Positions 30,551 through 40,527 are shown, counted from the first letter of the stretch. The stretch: 64,000 nucleotides of DNA from Nitrospirales bacterium (GCA_965223295.1 CBDCWC010000002.1:96001-160000); one strand, 5' to 3'. Numbers and translations are program-made. Notes: generated by a model not told the origin, from the letters alone.

Positions 30551-31906
30551 ATGTCACAAGAAGAGACTTCTCCGAAAGCGTTGGATGGTTTGGCTATGCC
30601 TCCGGGTGTCTTGCATCTAGTAGCGAACGAGGGGGCGGAACGGTTTAGCTACTATGGGATGCGGGCAATTCTGGTGGTGTTCATGACCAGTCTGCTCATG
30701 AACAGCCAGGGAGAACTTGAGCCTATGGGTGAGGCGGAGGCAAAGACGTATTTTCATCTTTTTGCTTCAGCTGTGTACTTCTTTCCGTTTGCCGGAGCGT
30801 TGTTAGCAGATGTCTGGTGGGGGAAATACCGCACAATTTTTTTGTTGTCTCTTGTCTATTGTGCAGGGCACGTGGCCTTGTCTCTGGATCATACTCGAGT
30901 GGGTCTCTTGATTGGGTTGGCACTCATTGCTATTGGCTCCGGAGGCATTAAGCCCTGTGTGTCAGCTCTGCTTGGCGACCAGTTTGATTCGAACAATCAA
31001 CAACTGCTTCCCAAAGCTTTTTCCTGGTTTTATTTTGCCATCAATGTCGGGGCGTTCTGTTCCATGATGGTTACGCCTATATTACTCGATCGGTATGGGC
31101 CAGGGCTGGCTTTTGGTGTTCCGGGAATTCTGATGTTTGTGGCGACATTTATTTTCTGGATGGGCCGGCAACGGTATACGCTCATTCCACCGGATAGAAT
31201 TGGGGTTCTTCGAGAGTTAAAAAGTCCTGCAGCTTGGCAAGCCATTTTCAAATTGTCCGGCATCTATATATTTGTCGCATTTTTTTGGTCTCTGTACGAT
31301 CAAACGTCTTCTGCTTGGGTTTTGCAAGCACAGCACATGGATCGCCAGTGGATGGGGATAGAATGGCTGCCGACTCAAATTCAAGCTATTAACCCGATTT
31401 TGATTTTGTTGTTTATTCCACTCTTTGTGTATGGGATCTATCCCTTGTTAGGGCGCTGTATAGAATTAACGGCCTTAAGAAAAATCTCGATAGGGTTTTT
31501 TGTGACGGTAGTGGCGTTTATGATTTCGGCGTACATTGAACAACTCATAGCTCGGGGGCAGGTACCAACTATTGCCTGGCAAATATTGGCCTTTGTGGTC
31601 ATCACGGCGGCTGAAGTGATGGTCTCGATTACCTGTCTGGAGTTTTCCTATACGCAAGCCCCGCTGAAACTCAAGTCGCTGATCATGGGACTGTTTTTAC
31701 TCTCGGTCTCTCTCGGAAACGGCTTTACTGCCTTAGTAAATTATTGGATTCAAAATCCGGATGGCAGTGTGGCGCTCACTGGCCCAGACTATTACTGGTT
31801 CTTTGCTGGTGTGATGTTTGTGGTGGCTTGTATGTTTCTCTTTGTGGTGGGCAGGTATCAGGAAACGACTTACCTTCAAGGTTCAGAGCGAAAAGCGGAG
31901 GCATGA
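30551..31906 (+). CDS. POT/PTR-family proton-dependent oligopeptide transporter
   Basis: EGAERFSYYGMR, GGIKPCVS..LGDQF, FYFAINVG and LEFSYTQAP motifs. Confidence 0.95.
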   Translation: MSQEETSPKALDGLAMPPGVLHLVANEGAERFSYYGMRAILVVFMTSLLMNSQGELEPMGEAEAKTYFHLFASAVYFFPFAGALLADVWWGKYRTIFLLSLVYCAGHVALSLDHTRVGLLIGLALIAIGSGGIKPCVSALLGDQFDSNNQQLLPKAFSWFYFAINVGAFCSMMVTPILLDRYGPGLAFGVPGILMFVATFIFWMGRQRYTLIPPDRIGVLRELKSPAAWQAIFKLSGIYIFVAFFWSLYDQTSSAWVLQAQHMDRQWMGIEWLPTQIQAINPILILLFIPLFVYGIYPLLGRCIELTALRKISIGFFVTVVAFMISAYIEQLIARGQVPTIAWQILAFVVITAAEVMVSITCLEFSYTQAPLKLKSLIMGLFLLSVSLGNGFTALVNYWIQNPDGSVALTGPDYYWFFAGVMFVVACMFLFVVGRYQETTYLQGSERKAEA

Positions 31907-31920
31907 AAGTCGTGAATTCG

Positions 31921-32706
31921 CTACTTAGCAGAAGGTGCCACGTGGGTTTCTTGCCGAAGATAGAGAATTTGGTTAACCCGAAAAGCCTGGTCGTAATCGC
32001 CGGGTTGGATGTATTGTGAATGAAAACATCGGCCATCAAACATCATCAAGCGATTGGGTTTCATCTCGATAAGTTGAAGTAACTCCCAATAAGGGTTCCC
32101 ATCATTGATGTAGCGATTGTCCCGGCAGGCAAAGAGCGGATTGAAAATCATACTATTTTGAAAGTTTTCATAACCTTCTGGGCTTGCCAGAAATTCATCA
32201 CTTAATTCCAGCCGATCCGCTAACTGCCTAATTGATCCATCCGGCATGATCGGGACTCTTTCGAGTTCGGTCGGCCGATGACGATAGAGCCCCGTTCCAC
32301 CTTTACAGAATCCTTCAGGGTTGAGATACACCATCGCGGTTACATCTTGGTCAATATGGGGTTGGCGTTGACCGACGTTTAAACGGAAATCCTGCATCTT
32401 GATGCCTTGAAAGACTACCGGCTGCGGCGAAAAAAATGGGAAAAGGTTTCCGCCCCACATCTGACTTAAATGGTCAATCAAGGGTTGGGTGTTCATGTTG
32501 AGTGTGGCCCGGACACCTGGAAAGTTCCCCACAATTTCAAATCGATCTGTATAGGGTAACTCCAGCGCAGTTTGGAGGATATCGTCAGGGTAAAGATAAA
32601 AGTGATCCGCAAGGATGGTCTTGTGCTGTCCTAACCCAACTTGAAGAACCGAAATCTTAGGATTCGGATTAACAGCAAATAAATCTGGACGAACAGGCTT
32701 GGGCAT
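31921..32706 (-). CDS. DUF6445-like / 2OG-Fe(II) oxygenase-like protein
   Basis: D.FY..PD, FPGVR, QPHID, VYLN...GGTGLYRH and NRL..FDG..FHS (HxD...H). Confidence 0.75.
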   Translation of the reverse strand: MPKPVRPDLFAVNPNPKISVLQVGLGQHKTILADHFYLYPDDILQTALELPYTDRFEIVGNFPGVRATLNMNTQPLIDHLSQMWGGNLFPFFSPQPVVFQGIKMQDFRLNVGQRQPHIDQDVTAMVYLNPEGFCKGGTGLYRHRPTELERVPIMPDGSIRQLADRLELSDEFLASPEGYENFQNSMIFNPLFACRDNRYINDGNPYWELLQLIEMKPNRLMMFDGRCFHSQYIQPGDYDQAFRVNQILYLRQETHVAPSAK

Positions 32707-33062
32707 CGAGTCCCTTTAAAGAAAATTATGGAGTAAAATAGAGAAAGAAATCCGAAACATGGTGCGCTGGATAAGCCAAGAGAGTCAAGTCTCCTGAATG
32801 CTCTTGCCCCTCTGGGGAAAGGGCAGGGTGAGGGGAACACAGTAAATGGTGCGCGAGCGTGAAATAGAGGAAGAAAAATTTTCGTTAATAAAGGAAAGTC
32901 TTTGGACATGCTCAGTATGCTCTCAATGCTAAAGTTGTCCTTTTCCACGTTGTTTGTCAGGAATCCATCCTAACTTTTTTGTGGTTGATAGAGGTGAAAA
33001 CAGTTGATGGATTTATTTGCAGGGATCTACCAAAAAACAATAGTTGAGCAAATTTTGATGAT

Positions 33063-33244
33063 GCCGGGACTCGCCCCGGCGGGCGAGGTCCTTTTGTTTC
33101 GGTAAAAGGGCCCAAAACCATTGACGCTCAGTTCGGGAGATGAAGAGGGGACAGACGCCAGATGGAGAGCGAACCAACTCGCAGGGCTCAAACAAGGTTC
33201 GTAAGAAGAGAGCGTCCGTCCCGAGACCGAACAGCAGGCGTCGA
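33063..33244. ncRNA. Uncharacterised structured repeat, copy 1 (RNA or ssDNA element)
   Basis: Five or six nested or adjacent stems. Homologous to 45085-45272 with compensatory changes. Confidence 0.55.
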
Positions 33245-33354
33245 GAGGAGAGGCGGATGTAGAAGGTTGTGTTGAAGAGTCTTTTGCCCCGAGGTTGTTC
33301 GCCATGAATGAATCTAACTGAGGATCTGATTTTTTCTTAAAGGAGGTGAGTCTG

Positions 33355-34998
33355 ATGACTGCTCCCTATCGAAAAATTTTGGAGACCGTTCGGACGGCTT
33401 TTCCTAAGCCAATTTCTGATCGTGTGCATGATTCCTATTTTGTCCATAGTGTCATGCGGGCAATTGATGCGGTCGATACGATGAAAAGTGAGCGGCCTAT
33501 TTTGGGTGAACGCAAGCCTCTGGATTATGGGGCGGCGAAGCAGAGTCGTCTGGCCGAAGAGGGGAAGACAGTGGAAGAGGTGACTCAGGAACTGGTGGAG
33601 TATTGTGAAGGCCTGACCCTATGGGGCCATCCTCGCACGCAACAGAATGTTGTGCCGCCAGTGACGATTTCTTCTCTCATCGGAGTGTTGTTGTCGTCGC
33701 TGTATAATCCCAATTTGGCATGGGATGAATATAGTCATCGCGTAGCGTTGGCGGAGGTGGAAGTGGTGACCATGTTGGCAACACTTCTAGGCTATGATCC
33801 TGAACAAGCGGGTGGTGTGTTTACCTTTGGTGGAACTGGTACCACGTTGTACGGGATGAAAATCGGTTTAGAAAAGGCACTGCCAGGGTCTTTAGAGCAT
33901 GGCATTCGTGAAGATGCCGTGATGTTTGCCAGTGATGGGAGTCACTATTGCCGGTACAACATCGCGGGGTGGTTGGGTTTAGGAGCTAAGAATCTGGTGA
34001 CAATTCCTACTACAGGCCATAATTCAATGGATGTGGCTGCGCTTCGCACGCAAGGTACGCAGGCACTCAAGGCTGGTCGAAAAATTTCCGGTATCATTGT
34101 TACGCTCGGAACAACGGATGCCTTTGGTCTGGATGATCTTCGAGCTATTATGGCGCTGCGGGATGAATGGGTCAAAGAATTTGATTTACCGTACATGCCG
34201 CACATTCATGCCGATGCAGTGATTGGATGGGCCTGGTCGGTGTTCACAGACTATTCTTTTGAAGACAATCCGCTGGGGTTTCGTCCCCGTACCCTACGTG
34301 CGTTAGCAGGAGCTTGTCACCATATCCGAGATCTGGCTTCTGCCGATTCCATTGGCATTGATTTTCACAAATCTGGCTTTGCACCGTACATTTCCAGTTT
34401 GCTGTTGGTGAAGAATGAAGAGGATCTTATGCGGTTGCAACGACCGCAAGAGCAAATGCCCTATCTGTACCAATTTGGCGAACATCGTCCAGGAATGTAT
34501 ACCTTGGAAACCTCCCGGGCAGGGACGGGTACGTTGGCTGCTCTCGCTAACTTACGGCTCTTTGGGAAGAAAGGTCTACGTGCCATCATTGGACATATTG
34601 TGGAGATGGCGCAGCTCTTGAGTGAACATTTAGAAAGTCATGCCTATACGAGTGTGCTGAACCGCGATAATTTCGGCCCTGTCACGCTGTTTCGCGCCTA
34701 TCCCGACGGAGTGAATACATTTGAGATCAAAGAAAAGGAAATTCATGATGCGGCCTTTCGAGATGCGCTTCTGAAGCATAACGAGTACAACCGGAAAATT
34801 TATGACTTTGTCCATGCAGAAGGAATGGCGGGGCGTGGAGTGGTGTTGTCGCTCACGGATTGCTATCGAAAGACGGACTATGGCGAACCGATTGTCGCGT
34901 TAAAGTCATTTATTCTTTCACCCTTTGTGGATAAAGAGAATGTAGAAATGGTGGTGAAGAAAGTGCTGGAAGCCCGAAATCTTTTAGCATCGAAATAA
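33355..34998 (+). CDS. Group II PLP-dependent decarboxylase
   Basis: GGVFTFGGTG, GTTDAFGLDD, HIHADAVIG and DSIGIDFHK (PLP Lys). RBS GGAGG fits the ATG at 33355. Confidence 0.9.
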   Translation: MTAPYRKILETVRTAFPKPISDRVHDSYFVHSVMRAIDAVDTMKSERPILGERKPLDYGAAKQSRLAEEGKTVEEVTQELVEYCEGLTLWGHPRTQQNVVPPVTISSLIGVLLSSLYNPNLAWDEYSHRVALAEVEVVTMLATLLGYDPEQAGGVFTFGGTGTTLYGMKIGLEKALPGSLEHGIREDAVMFASDGSHYCRYNIAGWLGLGAKNLVTIPTTGHNSMDVAALRTQGTQALKAGRKISGIIVTLGTTDAFGLDDLRAIMALRDEWVKEFDLPYMPHIHADAVIGWAWSVFTDYSFEDNPLGFRPRTLRALAGACHHIRDLASADSIGIDFHKSGFAPYISSLLLVKNEEDLMRLQRPQEQMPYLYQFGEHRPGMYTLETSRAGTGTLAALANLRLFGKKGLRAIIGHIVEMAQLLSEHLESHAYTSVLNRDNFGPVTLFRAYPDGVNTFEIKEKEIHDAAFRDALLKHNEYNRKIYDFVHAEGMAGRGVVLSLTDCYRKTDYGEPIVALKSFILSPFVDKENVEMVVKKVLEARNLLASK

Positions 34999-35018
34999 AC
35001 AATCTCTAGAAGAAACGT

Positions 35019-35192
35019 TTGTTTGTGGGAAACTTAACGGGTGGGGTGTTTGACGATGGATCGCCAGGAGGGATTCCTGGAGGCCAAGTGAACCTCTATA
35101 CGTTTACAGGGGAACCACCCTCCGGGGTGCCTGAGCCAGCCACACTTGTGCTCATGGGCTCTGGTCTCGGTATTCTCTTCTATCACTGGTAG
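35019..35192 (+). pseudogene. Orphan PEP-CTERM C-terminal remnant
   Basis: Frame reads ...FTGEPPSG-VPEPATLVLMGSGLGILFYHW*. Upstream in-frame stop at 35007 and no signal peptide. Confidence 0.7.
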
Positions 35193-35320
35193 TACGCTCC
35201 GCGCGCAAAAATGGCTGCGGCCTGGCTGGACGGACTTTTTTGAACAGACCCGACGCTGTTGATCGCCAAGGTCTTCCTGGCGAAGTATGGCCTTTGGCAT
35301 CTTCATTATTCACGACTCCT
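35191..35320 (-). mobile_element. Truncated MITE copy
   Basis: AGTACGCTCCGCGCGCAAAAATGGCTGCGG...TTGAACAGACCCGACGCTG...CATTATTCAC matches the 37740 copy. One end is missing. Confidence 0.8.
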
Positions 35321-35431
35321 TTACTGGAGTGTCCAGTTAGAGCGTGTTGCACCTGATAAAACACGGCAACGTGAATGTTTGCTGAAAAATGATTCGGAGA
35401 GTTGAGAATTTAGTCAGGCAGCTGGTGCGTC

Positions 35432-36010
35432 TCAATAAGAATGGTCACTATGCATGTCGAGAAATTTTGGTGCTAACACGCGGCTTTCCACGGTGAGAAA
35501 GCCCCGTTCCCGGAAGCTGTGGTAGGACAGAGAGATTTCCGTCTCTGAGCCTCGCCAGGTATACTGTTGATTCAGTCCTCGCATAATTCTTCCAGGTGAC
35601 CTAGGCCTTCTGCCGAACTGGTCTTCTAAGTATTCCAGTAATGATTGATGGGCGACCTCACCTTTGTAATAGAAGAGGGCTCGTGCATATTGATCGTCCA
35701 CACTATAAAGTTTAACGGACTCCATAAGGATTCCCTCTATCTGAGGAGCTCCTTTTTTGATGGTATAAATCCTGATTGCTTCGGATGTATCAATTTCCCG
35801 AAGGTCCGGTCGGTTGGCTAGAGGCGTACCCCACGTGATTCCATAGAACCCGTTTGGATCTTGTTTAATAGGGATTCCGCCAATTGCTGGTGCCGATAAA
35901 GCAAGAATGGCGAAAAAAATTATCGAGGCCCCGGACCAGCGGTGCCTCATGGAAAGTTTTTGGGTAACTCGGAGAAGAAGGCGAAGCATGAGAGGGCGAA
36001 AAGGTACCAT
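35432..36010 (-). CDS. Exported hypothetical protein
   Basis: Signal-like segment then DPNGFYGITWGT. Start uncertain. Confidence 0.65.
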   Translation of the reverse strand: MVPFRPLMLRLLLRVTQKLSMRHRWSGASIIFFAILALSAPAIGGIPIKQDPNGFYGITWGTPLANRPDLREIDTSEAIRIYTIKKGAPQIEGILMESVKLYSVDDQYARALFYYKGEVAHQSLLEYLEDQFGRRPRSPGRIMRGLNQQYTWRGSETEISLSYHSFRERGFLTVESRVLAPKFLDMHSDHSY

Positions 36011-36105
36011 GGTTATGTCTAGAGGGCAATTTTGAAGGATAATCGTGTGCGTCTTTCCAGTTTGCCAGTTCTAGCAATGCCACCTAACAAAATAGGAAGT
36101 GGTTG

Positions 36106-37053
36106 TTAGGCAGAAAGAAAGGCCGGTTGGAGATCCGGCAGGGAGGTTGAGTGGGAACTTAAAGCTATTCGATTGAGCATTTCAGGTTTAGTGGTGGTTC
36201 CAGCATTCATCGTAATCCATTTATCAGGGTTGTCGAGAATCGCTTGCACGAGTTGAGTGTGCAGAAGGTGCCCCGCTCGTTTAGCTTCAAAGCGTCCGAT
36301 AATGGGGAAACCGATAAGAGAAAGATCTCCAATAAGGTCGAGCACTTTGTGGCGAACACATTCATCCTGAAACCGTAAGGGATCCTCATTCACTAGGCCC
36401 GATTCGGAAAAGACAATTGTATTATTGAGAGAGCCTCCCAAGCCTAGGCCACGTGACCAAAGAAACTCCACTTCCTGCCGAAATGCAAATGTTCGAGCTG
36501 CAGCGATATTTTTGATGAATTCTTGAGGAGTGCAAGAATGTCGATAAGTTTGCTGTTCAATCATGGGATGTGGAAAGTCGATGAAATAACTTATATCCGG
36601 AAGCGCTGAAGGCAATACAGCAATAGACCGTTGTCCATCCTCTACATGGATGGGCAGAATTATTTTGATAAAGTTTCGTGGTTCTTCTTGAGAGGTGCGA
36701 CCTGTCTTTTGCACAGCTTCCACAAAAGGGGCTGCGCTTCCATCGAGCGCAGGGATTTCATTTCCCTGTACTTCAATATAGGCATTATCAATTTCTAGTC
36801 CAGCTAATGCAGCGAGAACATGTTCAACTGTTTGTACCTGAAAATCGCCAGATTGTAATGTCGTGCAGTGATCAGTTTGTTCTAGGGTTTGAATACTTGC
36901 CGGACAAGAAGACAGATGGTTGCCAACCTGCTTAACGAAGATGACTCCCGTGTTGCTGGGGGCAGGATGAATGGCGATTGAAGTGAGATTTCCTGAATGG
37001 AGCCCGATTCCAGATAAGAAAACAGACTTTGAGACCGTATGTTGCTGAGTCAT
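36106..37053 (-). CDS. lpxC: UDP-3-O-acyl-GlcNAc deacetylase
   Basis: QHTV....GIGLHSG, TVEHVLAAL, DGSA, ARTF, RHKVLDLIGDL and AGH motifs. Confidence 0.96.
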   Translation of the reverse strand: MTQQHTVSKSVFLSGIGLHSGNLTSIAIHPAPSNTGVIFVKQVGNHLSSCPASIQTLEQTDHCTTLQSGDFQVQTVEHVLAALAGLEIDNAYIEVQGNEIPALDGSAAPFVEAVQKTGRTSQEEPRNFIKIILPIHVEDGQRSIAVLPSALPDISYFIDFPHPMIEQQTYRHSCTPQEFIKNIAAARTFAFRQEVEFLWSRGLGLGGSLNNTIVFSESGLVNEDPLRFQDECVRHKVLDLIGDLSLIGFPIIGRFEAKRAGHLLHTQLVQAILDNPDKWITMNAGTTTKPEMLNRIALSSHSTSLPDLQPAFLSA

Positions 37054-37316
37054 AAAAGACATATTAAACAAGCAAATACGAAAAAAATGAAGCCATACTG
37101 TGAATAACAGGACGAAAATGACTGCAAAAGTTATACTAAATGTTTTAGTGAAAAAACCAGTGTTTTTTTAACCACACGGATAAATTAAAATTTTGTATGT
37201 TGTAGGAATACAACAAATGTCTCTTTTTTTCTTAGTATCGATAGAAGAGAATCAAATAATTTTTTCGGATTGGCGTGGGAGAAAAAAGGAATGGTTTCCG
37301 GTTCGTGTGGCCTTGG

Positions 37317-37658
37317 CTAACAGGAGCGTGTATTAGTAAAAGTTCGTAGAAAGCGGAGTGATTCTTTTGTCTCAGCGAAAGATGCTGGAGAGGTTCGTGC
37401 TAATTGCGTAATGATTCCTCGGTGTTTCAGTGACAATCCGGATGCTTCAAAAATCTTTTCGAAGAGGGACCATTTTTCTTCGGGGTTTTTTAGCAGGGTT
37501 TGGGGGAAAAGTTCTGGTTTTGTGCGAAGGGTATTAGACAAATGTTGAAGAGCTTTTTCAATACTATGATACGGTGGAGCCAAGTTGAGGTGGGTATAAA
37601 ATGATTCTAGTTGGACACGAAAATCTTGTCGAAGTTGTTGAATAGGGTCGGAAGACAT
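37317..37658 (-). CDS. Hypothetical protein
   Basis: 113-aa helical ATG ORF filling the intergenic space. Confidence 0.6.
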   Translation of the reverse strand: MSSDPIQQLRQDFRVQLESFYTHLNLAPPYHSIEKALQHLSNTLRTKPELFPQTLLKNPEEKWSLFEKIFEASGLSLKHRGIITQLARTSPASFAETKESLRFLRTFTNTRSC

Positions 37659-37739
37659 GACAGTTCTTCTTTTGTGTAGCTGCAGAGTTGGTGTCTAGGC
37701 ATATGCTAAGGAGGTGCCACCTGTTTTGACAAGTCTGAC

Positions 37740-37931
37740 CGGTCTGTTGAAAAAAGCCGCCAGCGGCGTTCTCGCCCTTTTTCCGTGCTCACGTAGTGCC
37801 AGTACGTTCCGCGCGCAAAAAAGGGCTGCGGCCTTGCTGGACGGACTTTTTTGAACTGACCCGACGCTGCTGAGCACCAAGGGCTTCCTGGCGAAAGATG
37901 GCCTTTGCTATTGTCATTATTCAACAGTCCC
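37740..37931 (-). mobile_element. MITE-like element with 5-bp TSD (CTGAC)
   Basis: Ends CGGTCTGTTGAA / TTCAACAGTCCC. CTGAC occurs at 37735-37739 and 37932-37936. Confidence 0.9.
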
Positions 37932-38020
37932 CTGACCGTTTTGGTCAGAGGGGATCTTCTTTGGGAAGGATTAAGAGTGTTTCTGTCTGAGAGTAGAGTG
38001 AGGGCCTTAGTGTGCACAAA

Positions 38021-39166
38021 CTATTTGATGGCTGCGAGCATATCTTTCATCCGGGGTTCTTTTAATTTCTGCAAGGCCTTGGCTTCAATTTGCCTGACAC
38101 GTTCGCGGGTAACGGACATGCTTTGTCCCACTTCCTCAAGCGTCCAGGGTTCGTCTTGGCCAATTCCAAATCGAAGCCGAATGACCATCTGCTCCCTCGG
38201 AGTTAACGAGTCTAAAATGTGTGCAACCTGTTGATTGGTTTCTTGACGAGAAACTGGTCCATCGGGGGTGATGGTTGTTTGGTCAGGAATGAAGTCAGTG
38301 AGAAAGGTGTCGCCTTCTCCTATAGGGGTCTCCAAGGAGATCGGGTCCTGAAACGCTTGAATGGTTTCATGAACTTTCTCCCGGCTCAGGTCTAGCGCAT
38401 CACCAATATCCTCCATCTGTGCCGGACGAGCTAGACGTTGCGTTAAACGCTTGGAGGTTCTGGCAATTTTGTTGGAGATTTCGTTGAGATGGACGGGAAC
38501 CCGGATGGTCCGGGACTGATCTGCCAGCGCTCTGGTAATTCCTTGCCGTATCCACCACGTAGCGTAGGTGCTAAATTTAAACCCTTTTTTATATTGAAAG
38601 CGCTCTGCGGCTTTCATCAGCCCAATATTCCCCTCTTGTACGAGATCAAGAAACGCGAGTCCGTGACCTGTATACCGTTTGGCAATATCCACAACTAAGC
38701 GTAAATTTCGTTGAACCAGTTCGGATTTGGCTTTCTCTAATTGAAATTTAGCCTGATGCAATTGTTGGCAAAGTGACTGCGTGGTGTTGTGGTGCTCAGG
38801 AATGAACGTTCCCAGATCCATCAGCATGGCGCGTAATTTTTCAAGAGCTGGAGAAGAAAGTCCGGTTAAGGCGGCCGTTTCTTTAAGTACCTGGATGGCG
38901 TTCTCTTTCTCAGAACTCTTCTTCAGGCTGTGCGTGAGTTGAAGGCCTTGTTTAATGATGGCTCGAATAGCACGGGAGGCATCGTCAATTTCTTTCGCGA
39001 GCCCAAATTCTGAATCTTTATTCAAAAGCGGACGGCTGCCGAATGACCGGAAGTACAAGGATTCCAGAGCCGGACTATATCCCTTAACTTGAGATTTCGT
39101 TTCATGTGTTTTGGTCTCACCCCTCTCTGTGTCACTGGGATGTTCCAAGAGGCTTTGATGTTTCAT
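38021..39166 (-). CDS. RpoD/RpoS-family sigma-70 factor (no region 1.1)
   Basis: NLRLVVDIAKRY, DLVQEGNIGLMKA, KFSTYATWWIRQ and TLEEVG....VTRERVRQIE motifs. Confidence 0.93.
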   Translation of the reverse strand: MKHQSLLEHPSDTERGETKTHETKSQVKGYSPALESLYFRSFGSRPLLNKDSEFGLAKEIDDASRAIRAIIKQGLQLTHSLKKSSEKENAIQVLKETAALTGLSSPALEKLRAMLMDLGTFIPEHHNTTQSLCQQLHQAKFQLEKAKSELVQRNLRLVVDIAKRYTGHGLAFLDLVQEGNIGLMKAAERFQYKKGFKFSTYATWWIRQGITRALADQSRTIRVPVHLNEISNKIARTSKRLTQRLARPAQMEDIGDALDLSREKVHETIQAFQDPISLETPIGEGDTFLTDFIPDQTTITPDGPVSRQETNQQVAHILDSLTPREQMVIRLRFGIGQDEPWTLEEVGQSMSVTRERVRQIEAKALQKLKEPRMKDMLAAIK

Positions 39167-39588
39167 AATAGGTTTCTGAGGAATCCCTTTCGTTTCAAAA
39201 TGTGGATGTTGTCAATCTGTGTCTTCTCTTTTTCTCTATGCGTTCAATGTTGAGATAAAAACTATTCAGCAAAAATCAAGCCAGCCGTATCAAAGTCGCT
39301 TCAATGAACCCTCGACGCGTAAGTTTTTCCTTCAATTTTTTCTTAGTCGTGGTTCTTTGTTCTTCTACTATTTTAGTGACGTATTTTTTAAATTTTCTTT
39401 GAAAACATTAAAGAAAATCCTGATATTCCCACAGCGCAATCAAGGCGGGGACACTGCTCGCTCATTCAAGATCGGCAATTCTTTCAATTCACTGGATGGG
39501 TCAACAGGGGAAAAGCTTGCATTGAGCACAAAAATGTGCCTAAAAGCGGTAGAAATTGTGGAGGTATTTGACAGGTGCGTTAAATTTC

Positions 39589-40278
39589 TTACACATCGTT
39601 GCAGAAACGGTCCAAATCTTCTTCTTGTCCAATCATGACCAAGACATCACCTTTTTCGACGACATCATCCGGCTTGGGTGTAAAATTAAAGGTTTCTTCT
39701 GTTGCGATTTGTCCTTTCACCATACGACTGATTTGTTTTTTGATGCCAATAATATTGAGGTTGTGTTGCCCGCGTAATTTAATTTCTTCTAAGCTCATCC
39801 CAGATAATGTATCAGAGACCGACACTTCTTCGACGCTATACCCAGGAGAGAGTTCCAAGTATTCGATGACACCTGGAGAGACCAGCCGATGAGCAAGGCG
39901 AATAGCTGCATCTCGTTCAGGATAAATGACTTCGTCGACTCCCAGGTTCATCAGGATCTTTCCTTGAATGGGGGCCACGGCCTTTGCCACGATGGACTTC
40001 ACGCCCATTTCTTTGAGTGTTTGCACAATGAGAATGCTGGCTTCAATATTTTCTCCAATACTCACAACAGCCACGTCAACATTTTGGGCGCTGACGGCTT
40101 TTAATGCGCGTTCATCAGTGGCATCACATTGGACCGCAAACGTCGCAATGTCACTAATGGCCTGAATGCGTTCCTCGTCTTTGTCGATAGCCAAGACTTC
40201 ACAGCCTTTAGAAACCATGGTTTGGGCCACACTATATCCAAATCGCCCAAGGCCAATAACGGTGAAGAGTCGTTTCAT
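39589..40278 (-). CDS. TrkA/KtrA potassium-uptake regulatory subunit
   Basis: VIGLGRFG Rossmann motif, VIYPERD, TrkA-C domain. Confidence 0.92.
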   Translation of the reverse strand: MKRLFTVIGLGRFGYSVAQTMVSKGCEVLAIDKDEERIQAISDIATFAVQCDATDERALKAVSAQNVDVAVVSIGENIEASILIVQTLKEMGVKSIVAKAVAPIQGKILMNLGVDEVIYPERDAAIRLAHRLVSPGVIEYLELSPGYSVEEVSVSDTLSGMSLEEIKLRGQHNLNIIGIKKQISRMVKGQIATEETFNFTPKPDDVVEKGDVLVMIGQEEDLDRFCNDV

Positions 40279-40527
40279 GAGTTAACGTGTACAAAGATTA
40301 ACAGCACCGACACGCGACTGAGGTGAGAACAAATCAAAGACAATGTTGGGATAGGTCCACAATTGTGGGAACGGAATGGATATGACATGAATCATACGGT
40401 TGATGGTTAAGGCTGTCAAGAAAGGATTGAGGGCTTGAGATACGTCCCACCACTTTATGTTACTCAAGATCGTCCATTATTTCGATGGGTATCTCCATAA
40501 GGAAATCAACTGGTAGAATTCGAGCCA

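Noticed and set aside
32807-32836. CCCCTCTGGGGAAAGGGCAGGGTGAGGGG and a weakly similar reverse motif near 25860
   Set aside because: It resembles a common intergenic CCCTCACCC-type repeat but is too degenerate and short to support from this window.
33013-33305. ORFs 33013-33195, 33027-33305 and 44937-45289 as genes
   Set aside because: They overlap the structured repeat, whose two copies conserve base pairing rather than a reading frame.
1097-37931. Repeats as a CRISPR array
   Set aside because: Copies are dispersed, 90-250 bp long, have TIRs and TSDs, and show no regular repeat-spacer period. No cas genes are present.
39219-39638. 139-aa Phe-rich ORF
   Set aside because: It lies in the AT-rich upstream region of the sigma factor, overlaps the TrkA-like gene end on the opposite strand, and has no protein-like features.
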